Source of the DNA: Eledone cirrhosa
Taxonomy: Eukaryota
DNA: 64,000 bases
Direction of reading: 5' to 3'
Assembly: GCA_964016885.1 (NCBI GenBank)
Contig: OZ024754.1
Span: 22,878,001-22,942,000, forward strand
Below are positions 1 through 8,178 of the stretch, in pieces (within the stretch, counting starts at the first letter, position 1; every line of letters starts with the position of its first letter). The notes beneath the pieces were generated by a model. That model did no database searches, was not told the origin of the DNA, and was given only the letters and a program-made list of their open reading frames with translations. A program made the translations under genes and the position numbers.

Positions 1-50
1 AACCCAAAGTCATGTGGTTCTGAGTCAAACTTGTTCACTACACAACATCT
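1..50 (-). mobile_element. Degraded tRNA-derived SINE head fragment
   Basis: The minus strand reads gtgtagtgaacaagtt...aaccacatgactttgggtt, an A-box/B-box-like layout resembling abundant octopus SINE heads as I recall them. Cut by the window edge. Confidence 0.35.
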
Positions 51-324
51 GCTCCTCATGCTTTCATTAAAAGGGAAGTGAATTAAAAAACATCTGATTC
101 ACTGTCCATACATGGGAGACAGCTGATCTTCTACAACACACCTTGCCCAGGCTCATGGCTCAAAGAGGCAAACCCATAGTCATTCAGTCTTGGGAAGAAA
201 ACTCATGGCTAGTCATAATCGAAGGGAGCCCCTTTTCCTTCCTTTTAATAAAACAAATTCTTACTTTCAGCAGCAGTATTTATTTCAAGCTAATGTAATT
301 TTAAATAATTTCATTATTTTCTAG

Positions 325-414
325 GTGGTGGTGGTTGTTGGTATCAGTATTTTACGCTGTGTTGTAGCAATGACTGTCAATGCATCTCTACCAGCTGGGG
401 ATGATGCTGACAAG
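325..414 (+). CDS. TPRA1: TPRA1/GPR175 (transmembrane protein adipocyte-associated 1) ortholog, internal coding exon A
   Basis: Acceptor ttttctag|GTG and donor AAG|gtaaac; 90 bp, phase 0/0. Encodes VVVVVGISILRCVVAMTVNASLPAGDDADK, matching my recollection of human TPRA1 (VFVVALVGIARAVVSMTV...VADK). Upstream exons are outside the window. Confidence 0.9.
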
Positions 415-504
415 GTAAACACTTTATTTTTATTTTTCCTTTGTTCTTGTCGTTTTCATGTATTCCTTTGTATGTGTAAGCTTGTTGTGGGCCACCAGCT
501 TGTC

Positions 505-647
505 TAAGCACTTGGCAGGGTGCAAGAACGCAAGATGCAGGCTCTTGACTCACCATTGGTCAGTGTCAATGTTGTCTGCAGACAACCCATTCACCTCTTG
601 CTAGCAGGGAAAGCATATGTTAAATGATGATGATGATGATGATGATT
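505..647 (+). mobile_element. Short retroposon 3' fragment with (GAT)n tail
   Basis: Ends in gttaaat followed by a (gat)n run, the same terminal signature as the RTE LINE at 7670-7692. The 5' boundary is approximate. Confidence 0.5.
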
Positions 648-693
648 ATTTTATACATTCTTGTAAAAACACAAACTAGCTGAGTGGATAGGC

Positions 694-920
694 CAGTGGT
701 TCCTAACCTTTTCACTACCAAGGACCTCTTTTATTTAAATGGTTCCCCCTTCTCCCACCTACGACAATTACTCCACTCACATTATGTAATAAGAATATTA
801 ATCGAAAGCAAGAAATGTTTCTACTTGGAAAAGAATGGATACTAATAATGTTTACATATTTTTAACAAAGTACTTGAAAATTTGAATGTGGCTCATGGAT
901 CCCAACTTGTGAACCACCTT
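694..920. mobile_element. Possible degenerate hAT-type MITE
   Basis: Left end CAGTGGTTCCTAACCTTTT is a typical hAT/Charlie-like terminus. The candidate right end (ttgtgaaccacc, ~907-918) is only partly complementary and I see no clear TSD. Confidence 0.4.
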
Positions 921-934
921 CAATTACCAAACCA

Positions 935-1325
935 TCCTTTAGCATTTATATTACTCTACTATTATATTTTCATGGTAAAGGCTTTATCTCTCATAGTTAT
1001 CTCACATAATATGGAATCTACGAGATTTTGAGAACAAGACCTTAACCCTTTAGCATTTACATTATTCTATATTTACTATTGTATTTTCACAGAAAAGGTT
1101 TTATCTCACATAATATCGAATCTGAGATTTTGATATTTCTTTTGAGAATAATACCTTAACATTAGTATGAACAATACCTTAACACTGGTTATGACTGGTT
1201 TGAACAGAAAGAGGTGATATGGCTGGTTTAAGTGCTAAAGGGTTAATGTCAGTATAAGTGGCCAGTTTGAACAGAATGAGGTGAGAGAATTCTGGCCGGA
1301 TACAGCTGGTTTAAATGCTAAAGGG
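935..1325. mobile_element. piggyBac-type MITE, outer copy (interrupted by a copy of the same family)
   Basis: Left terminus tcctttagcattta; right terminus taaatgctaaaggg followed by TTAA (1326-1329). Removing the 1046-1242 insert and one TTAA gives a sequence colinear with the intact copy at 3189-3394. The left TTAA is not preserved. Confidence 0.75.
1046..1242. mobile_element. piggyBac-type MITE, inner copy
   Basis: TTAA(1042-1045)-CCCTTTAGCATTTA ... TAAGTGCTAAAGGG-TTAA(1243-1246): 14-bp TIR with one mismatch, CCC/GGG ends and a TTAA TSD. Confidence 0.85.
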
Positions 1326-1532
1326 TTAAATCCTGCAAGAATGAAAGGAAAAGTTCTCTAAATAAATATTCAATTTTGAGTTATCTACTATGAAACCAAA
1401 AAGTAAACAGCTGTGTGTTATGTATTTTGGAATCCAAAATGTTTACCTAATTCTTCCAACCTCTCTTTTTCACTATATCTTCTTTTAAACACATCCAGAA
1501 AAATCTAAGGATAATTCTTGTTCCACTTTCAG

Positions 1533-1605
1533 ATTTTATGGCTTATTCTAAGATTTTTCCTGCTAACAACTGAGTTGTCATTAGTCATTTTTGGATTTGC
1601 TTTTG
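1533..1605 (+). CDS. TPRA1: TPRA1 internal coding exon B
   Basis: Acceptor ccactttcag|ATT and donor TTTG|gtaagt; 73 bp, phase 0/1. Encodes ILWLILRFFLLTTELSLVIFGFAF(G); recalled human sequence [25 protein letters not shown]. Confidence 0.93.
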
Positions 1606-2112
1606 GTAAGTTTCCTAACAGCTTCATGTACATCAATGTTCTTAGAGACACACGTCATATTTCTCCTCTTTTCAATCCCTCCCCGTTTTCAATTGTTCTC
1701 TAGTAATTCTTTTACCTAAACATCAAATTTACACAAGCAATCTTTTCAAAATCAATAATTGTTTAATCTCATCAGTTTTTTTGTGAGCTGTTAATTAGTG
1801 AGCTCTCATATAGCTGGGTATATTGATGGTATTTCATTTGATATATACACAATGTACACTCACTTTAGTTGGGTATTTTATGAATATATATATTTGTGGC
1901 CACAAAAAAGTTTTTTTTCAGATAGACTTTCACTAAAATAAATGATTTAATACTTTAGTTCAGTTAATAAAATTTATTTTACATTTGTGCAAGTGTTTCA
2001 ATACATAGGTATACTATCAAATGTTTTGATAATATACCTATGTAGTGAAACACTTGTACATATGTAAAGTACATTCCAAGACTCTTGTGTCAAGTGGACA
2101 ACTGTCTTCAGC

Positions 2113-2500
2113 TAGCTGTAGAAAACTTGCCAAACAAGTTTGAGAGGACTCCTCAGTTGTGTCACGGTCATGACAACCTCCCTAATGCTGGTACCATGAT
2201 AAAACACACTCGGTACACTCTGTGAAGTGGTAGGTGTTAGGAAAGGCAGCCAGTCATAGATAATTTGCCAAACAAACATGAAAAGACTCGTTCGTTGTGT
2301 GAATGGCATGAGAGTCTCCTTAATGTTGATACTAGAACAAAATGTACCCAGAACACTCTGCAAATGTTCCAGAATGTATGTAAGCAAGATCTGGTCTCGG
2401 GCCCATCAGCTAGGTCAGTAACTCCAATTAAGCACTGATTTAGTCTGTGACAACTCATCAGATTTTTGCTAATGGACGTTAAATGATAATAATAATAATG
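2113..2500 (+). mobile_element. Non-autonomous retroposon or LINE 3' remnant sharing the RTE 3' tail
   Basis: gtggtaggtgttaggaaaggcagccag (~2227-2253) and ggacgttaaatgataataat (~2474-2500) match gtggttggtgttaggaagggcatccag and ggacgttaaacgatgatgat in the LINE tail. Confidence 0.6.
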
Positions 2501-2592
2501 TTTCTACTTTTGGCACAAGGCCAGCAATTACCCCAGTGTATTACTGGTGCTTTATTTTATCGATGCCATAAGGATGAAAGGCAAAGCTAACT
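2501..2592 (-). mobile_element. SINE central-domain fragment (Nin/Deu-domain-like)
   Basis: The minus strand reads ctttgcctttcatccttatggcatcgataaaataaagcaccagtaatacactgggg, resembling the conserved cctttcatcc...gataaa...taccag core of tRNA-derived SINEs. Confidence 0.6.
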
Positions 2593-2631
2593 TAATAATA
2601 ATTATGTGTGTGTATTTTTGATAATTTTTAG

Positions 2632-2711
2632 GTCATCTTGATAGTCGCACAAGTATCCAGAGGGTTTTACTTGTTACCTCTGCAATTGCATTATGTTACT
2701 CAACAACACAG
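2632..2711 (+). CDS. TPRA1: TPRA1 internal coding exon C (missed by the ORF track)
   Basis: Acceptor atttttag|GT and donor CAG|gtaagt; 80 bp, phase 1/0, in frame with exon B. Encodes (G)HLDSRTSIQRVLLVTSAIALCYSTTQ; recalled human sequence [27 protein letters not shown]. Confidence 0.93.
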
Positions 2712-2829
2712 GTAAGTGGAAGTTTGTTGTTGAAAAAAGCATTCACACTTACATCATAGATTCACTAACAAAACTGATTAGAATGCCTCTTTCCCCTTTA
2801 TTTGTTTTGTATCTTTTTAGGGTCCTTAA

Positions 2830-3443
2830 CTCTTTTGTTACTGTATTTGTAATGAAAAATACTGGATATGTCATTCAAATAATTTTGAAAATAATTATGA
2901 ATTTGAAGGGATTTAGTAATATAACTTTCACATTATTAAGTTGGTGTTTGGAACATAACTTAATAAAGGTTCTTATATAAAATTTTGAGGAAACGTTTTG
3001 CTAAATATAAACACTTTAAAACATCAGTTTTGAGACCAACTTGGCCAAAACCGGTTCTAGTTCTATAATGCAAAATCGCTCCTTTTAAAGGATTCCTATT
3101 TAAATAAAAATCTTGGAGCAAAATTATATATCCAAACTTATGTCAAGTTACTATCTTAGTAGTGAAATCCTTCAAAATTCTTCATTAACCCTTTAGCATT
3201 TACATTACTTTATATATACTATTGTATTTTCATGGTATAGGCTTTATCTCACATAATATCGAATTTGAGATTTTGATGCTATATATTTTGAGAACAGTAC
3301 CTTAACATCAGTATGAGTGGCCAGTTACAGCTGGTTTGAACAGAAAGATGTAAGAAAATTCTGGCCAGATATAGCTGGTTTAAATGCTAAAGGGTTAATT
3401 AATTGAAATAGTATATTTCATTAGAAATTTGGTCGCAAAAGAG
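2830..3443. mobile_element. Second TTAA-flanked MITE family (hosts a nested MITE)
   Basis: TTAA(2826-2829)-CTCTTTTGTTAC ... GTCGCAAAAGAG-TTAA(3444-3447): imperfect TIR with the terminal 8 bp exact, plus a TTAA TSD. Confidence 0.65.
3189..3394. mobile_element. piggyBac-type MITE, intact 206-bp copy
   Basis: TTAA(3185-3188)-CCCTTTAGCATTTA ... TAAATGCTAAAGGG-TTAA(3395-3398): perfect 14-bp TIR. Interior homologous to the copies at 935-1325. Confidence 0.9.
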
Positions 3444-3527
3444 TTAACAGTTTTGAGAATGAAAAAATATGGAAATGGTTTAATCATTTTCTCATTCACT
3501 TTGTCTTTCATTAAATCTAGTCTACTA

Positions 3528-3720
3528 GAATTGGCAGAGGTTTTAGAGCGTTGGATAAAAGTGCTCTGGTTCCCAGCATTCTGAGTTCAAATATCACCAT
3601 GGTCAACTTTACATTTGGATTTGATAAAGTACCAGTCCATAGGTGTTGGGCTGGCAGAATTGTTAAAGTGTTAGGTGGTATGCTTTGCCTCAGCTCTGTG
3701 TTCTGAATTCAAATGCTACC
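3528..3720 (+). mobile_element. Two degraded tRNA-derived SINE heads in tandem
   Basis: The pattern tggcaga...ttagagcg/ttaaagtg (A-box-like) then ttctgagttcaaat/ttctgaattcaaat (B-box-like) occurs twice. The first copy is followed by ggtcaacttt...gataaagtaccag, the same core as 2501-2592. Confidence 0.55.
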
Positions 3721-4408
3721 TTCTGTTATCAGAAAACTGATGACACTTCGACCAAGAGCTGCAACTAGCAGATAGTGTCAACAATGGAAACAGTTTCCTT
3801 AGTTTCATCTAACAACCAACTTCTTCCTTCTGCCAGAAGTTACAACTGACAGATAGTGTCAGCAATGGAAAGACATATTGGTCCAATTGGTTCCTTTGAT
3901 TTATCAGATGTTCCTGATAATTTACGGACAGTACCACTTCAGACTGTTTTAAATTCAAATGTAGCTTTTACACCTATTAAATTGCCCTGGGCCCCACCAG
4001 TGTCAGCCGTAGCAATTTATTTGTGCACTCAGCTAGGCTTTTTTAGTTTTGGGATGGTTAGAAGTTTTTAATTTAGTACCTGTATGTATAACTTTTCAAT
4101 TCCAATTACTTGTGCCAAGCTAACTTTGATATGTAAAATTGGCAGGCTTTGCTGTGTATTCTAATTTTTTGTGTCCTCCAAACCTGAAGTACCTTGGGCC
4201 CCCTAAGGTCTAAATCCTGTATCATAACTTGAGTGGCGAATTGCCATTTGTTAGTATATTGGTTTAGTTGCCTCAAGTCTTAGTGTTTTCATCTATAAAA
4301 TAAACATTTAATCATAAATTTGTACAAAGAAGTCAGGTTATTGGTTTTGAATATTTCACTTGAATGTTTTATAATCTTATTAATTTCATTTTTTGAATTC
4401 TATTTCAG

Positions 4409-4537
4409 GGTGTGCTGGAGTTTTACCCCCCCAAAGACACCATATTCAAACATAACAACATAACACAACGAGATTACGATTTGTTTGGACATGGTGGGAT
4501 GGAATTCTGGTTTACAAGTTCAATGTTCTTTTTCTTG
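4409..4537 (+). CDS. TPRA1: TPRA1 internal coding exon D
   Basis: Acceptor ctatttcag|GGT and donor TTG|gtaaat; 129 bp, phase 0/0. Encodes GVLEFYPPKDTIFKHNNITQRDYDLFGHGGMEFWFTSSMFFFL, with the GHGGxxFWxxSSxFFFL motif of TPRA1. Confidence 0.93.
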
Positions 4538-4702
4538 GTAAATATTCCTAAAAAGGATGTTGTCATTGTCATCACTATCAGCATCATCATTTTTATGTCT
4601 AGTTTTTGTACTTTTTATTTTGGAACAAGAATTTTTGAGGCAAGCCAACACATATTGTATTTTTTAAGTATAGCATGTTTATATATATGTATATATAATT
4701 AT

Positions 4703-7692
4703 CCTGTCATTTGCCATAGATAGAGTGAATGACAGGATAATTAAAATAAGATTAGTACTAAATAGGACAACTGTATCTATTATTTCTGCTTATGCACCCC
4801 AATCAGACGTTACTAAAGACAGGTTCTATGAGTCTCTAATGCTCACTACCTTCCAGATACTCAACAGTGACTATATAATTATTGCTGGCGATCTTAATGG
4901 TCATGTTGGACAACATTGTGATAGCTATGATGGTGTCCATGGAGGTTGTGGGTTTGGTAGTAGAAATGAAGAAGGCTTCAGGATCCTGGAATTCTGTGAT
5001 GCTAATGACCCGACTGTCTGCAACACAAACTTCAAAAAACATGACAGTCATTTGATCACATATAGATCAGGGGAGCACACCGGCCAAATAGACTTAATCC
5101 TTACTAGGAAACGAGACAAAATGTCTGTTTTGAACACTAAGCCCCTCCCAACATAATTTAATAGTAAGTGACCTCATACTCGGGGCCAGACGTAATTGCT
5201 GGCAGAGGAATACCTTAAGGAAAAGATTATGGAAGTTGAAGAGCCCCGCAGCCAGTAACAAATTCAAAGGCATATTACTTGATACTTTTGATCGTAAGGA
5301 AGAGCAATTAGTCATATAATATAGAGGAACAGTGGGAATTCCTGAAAGTTAACCAGTTGAAGGTGGTGGCTGGAGCAGACCTTCAAGCAGGAGGAGAGTG
5401 ACATGGTGGTGGAACAGTAAGGTGGAGGAGTCCAGCAAGGGCAAAAAGCAGGCGTGGAAAGAATGGCAGGACGGGGGTAGTAGGGAACACTATCAAGTAG
5501 CCAGGAGAGAAGCTAGACAACAAGTATACTTTGCAAAGAGGGAAGCAGAGGATAGTAAGTTCAAGTATATTTTACAACGGGAGGACCAAAGACGTGAGAT
5601 ATTCAGGATTGCGAGGCAATGTGTCAAGGAGAGCAAAGATATTGTCGGGGAGAAGTGTGTCCATAATGACGATGGTGTACTTGCCCTCACTGATAGTGCT
5701 AAGAAGGTAGCTTGGAAGTGTCACTACGAGAGACTTCTAAATGAGGAGAATAAATGGGAAAAAGATAGTCTGCCCCAAATCGATTCAATAGAAAGACCAG
5801 CTGTGCAATTGTAGTAAGTAAGGCAATAAAAAATATGAAGACAGGCAAGGCGCCTGGGCCTTCGGGGATAGTTCCTGGAATGGTGGGACATACTATGGTC
5901 ACCCGGAAAGTAAACCAAGTAATATAGAATGGGGTCATACCAGATGACTGGCGTAGCAGCAGCATCATCAACTGTTACAAGGGCAAAAGAGACGCCCTGG
6001 ATAGAGGAAACTATAGAGGTATTAAATTAGTTGACCAAATCATGAAAGTCACATAAAGAGTTATTACTCAACTGATCAGAGACCAAATTGAACTAGATGA
6101 AATGCAGTTTGGGTTTGTGCTAGGTAAAAGTACTACCACGGATGCTCTTTTCTTTGTATGGCAATAGCAGAAGTACTTGGCTAACAGTAAACCCCTCTAC
6201 TTAGCTTATGTTCACCTGGAGAAGGCCTTTCACAGAGTCCCATGCACCTGGTGGGCTCCTAGAAAACTAGGAGTGGAAAATGACTTATGAGAGCTATACG
6301 AGCCATGTATAGAGGAACAGTCAGCAAGGTTAAAATTAACGAAGAATATAGTGATGAATTTAGCGTAATGGTAGGGGTACACCAGGGCTCCATTCTTAGC
6401 TCCCTCCTGTTTATTATTGTCCTACAGGGAACTTCTATATGCAGATGATCTAACTCTCATAGCTGAATCTATGGCTGAACTAGAGAGGAAGTTCCACACA
6501 TGGAAACATGGCCTTGAATCAATAGGCCCTAGAGTCAACTTGTCCAAGACTAAGGTTCTAGTATGCAGAAAGGAGAATAGGGCACAGGTACCCTCTGGGA
6601 AATGGCCATGCTCAGTGTGTAAGAAAGGAGTAGGCAGAAACTCCATTCTATGTCCCAAATGCAAACTATGGGTACATAAAAGATGTGGGATCAGAGGTAA
6701 GCTATCTAAGAATGAAGATTTAATATGTGGCCGATGCTCAGGTGCAGTAAGTAGCAAGAATCCACTGGATGATATCTCCTTCAACTGCCCAGATTGTTCT
6801 ATAGAAATAGTAGACACTTTCCGTTACCTGGGTGACAAAATCAGCAGTGGTGGAGGGTGCTGTGAAAGTACAGTAGCCAGAGTTAGAACAGGATGGAAAA
6901 AGTTCAGAGAGCTAATACCGCTGTTGGCCACAAGGAGTTTCTCTCTAAAAATGAAAGGCAGATTGTATGATGCCTGCATACGAACGGCGATATTACATAG
7001 TAATGAGACTTGGGCATTGTGTACTGAAGTCCTGCGTAGATTAGAAAGAAATGAAGCTTACATGCTCCGATGGATGTGTAATAGCAACGTGCACGAAAGG
7101 CGAAGCATAAACGAACTAAGAGGGAGACTAAGCATAAGAGGTATCAAATGTGTTCTGGAGAGGAGATTGCGTTGGTATGGACATGTGATGTGTATGAAGG
7201 ATGACAGCTGTAGAAAAAAGTGCAGGGCAATGAAAATTGATGGTAGCTGCGGAGTGGGGAGACCAAGAAAAACCTGAGACGAGGTGATAAAAACTGACCT
7301 TGCCCACCTACACCTCTCTAAGACAATGACACTGGATTGAGACCTTTGGCGCCATGCAGTTGTACAGAAGACCTGACTACCATTGCATACAAACCTACAG
7401 TCAGTAGGCACCGCTGAACTCAATGTACACCCCACCGCCACACCCTACCCCATCCTCCCTCTCCCGTTCCGCCCACTGTGTCGATGACACAACAGTCCAC
7501 ACTGTAAGGTGGCCGTGTACGAGACACGGTGAAAAGGCTGTAAATGTGGTTGGTGTTAGGAAGGGCATCCAGCTGTAAAAAAACCTGCCAGAGACGCTTC
7601 CATGCGAGCGAGCCGTGGTCTCTGCATCAAATGGAACAAAACCATCTAACCCATGCTACCGTGGAAGAGGGACGTTAAACGATGATGATGAA
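4703..7692 (+). mobile_element. 5'-truncated, decayed RTE-clade LINE in the TPRA1 intron between exons D and E, same orientation as the gene
   Basis: APE endonuclease motifs (SAYAPQ, GDLNGHVG, NxEGxRILEFC, QIDLIL), TWWWN, GKAPGP, NYRGIKL, QFGF, DLEKAF-like HLEKAF, GVHQGSILS, YADD (6438-6449), FRYLG and the RTE C-terminal RRLRWYGHV...GRPRKT. 3' UTR ends in (GAT)n. Confidence 0.92.
4713..7376 (+). pseudogene. Disrupted EN-RT polyprotein of the RTE LINE
   Basis: Split across ORFs 4725-5156, 5398-5814 and 6417-7277 by stops, frameshifts and deletions (e.g. a short deletion just before ELLYADDL). TGA at 7275 probably replaces the W of RPRKTW; the frame continues past another internal TGA to a probable native stop at 7374-7376. 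Confidence 0.85.
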
Positions 7693-7695
7693 GAT

Positions 7696-7719
7696 TATAT
7701 ATATATATATATATATATA
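7696..7719. repeat. (TA)12 microsatellite
   Basis: Read directly, immediately 3' of the LINE tail. Confidence 0.95.
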
Positions 7720-7901
7720 AATAAACTACAAATTCCTCCTTATATATAAGATAGTTTTTTCATATCCCACATGGGTAAAAATATGAAAAAATAATTTGAA
7801 AATGTAATTGGAGTCGTTATTTGGATTGAACTGTCTGTATTTAGTTTGAACTGGTTCTTGTTATATATTTTAAAGTGAATGATTCTATTTCCTTTAATTA
7901 G

Positions 7902-7962
7902 GTCTATACAGTCATTACTGTCTTGCCACATACAAACATTCGCTACAAACTCTTTTTACCTA
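7902..7962 (+). CDS. TPRA1: TPRA1 internal coding exon E (missed by the ORF track); last exon visible in the window
   Basis: Acceptor cctttaattag|GTC and donor CCTA|gtaagt; 61 bp, phase 0/1. Encodes VYTVITVLPHTNIRYKLFLP; recalled human sequence [20 protein letters not shown]. There is no stop codon, so further exons are required downstream. Confidence 0.9.
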
Positions 7963-8025
7963 GTAAGTTTCACTTTTTCACATATTGTATTTTTTATTAA
8001 TTACTATATTTGAAGGTATAAAATA

Positions 8026-8178
8026 CCACATTTCACTACAACTTCAACAGGGAACACGACATTTCACCCCTGTTTCAACAGGGAACACGACATTTCACCC
8101 CTGTTTCAACAGGGAACACGTCATTTCACCCCCATTTCAACAAGGAACACCACATTTCACACCCATTTCAACAGGGAA
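8026..8178. repeat. 31-bp minisatellite, about 5 copies
   Basis: Unit CAACAGGGAACACGACATTTCACCCCTGTTT recurs at 8045, 8076, 8107, 8138 and 8169 (last copy partial). Confidence 0.92.

Noticed and set aside
2112-4071. Short ORFs at 2112-2387, 2237-2458, 2693-2980 and 3856-4071
   Set aside because: They lie mostly in intronic repeat-derived or AT-rich sequence, lack recognisable domains and do not fit the exon phase chain.
4538-4723. Hydrophobic extension of ORF 4412-4723 as extra transmembrane coding sequence
   Set aside because: TPRA1 similarity stops at the GT donor at 4538 and resumes in exon E; the rest is T-rich intron read-through. The same applies to the tails of ORFs 325-507 and 1518-1703.
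4836-7441. Minus-strand ORFs overlapping the LINE
   Set aside because: Antisense shadows of the RTE coding sequence with no recognisable motifs.
4703-7692. Active or domesticated LINE
   Set aside because: 5'-truncated within the endonuclease, with multiple stops, frameshifts and deletions.
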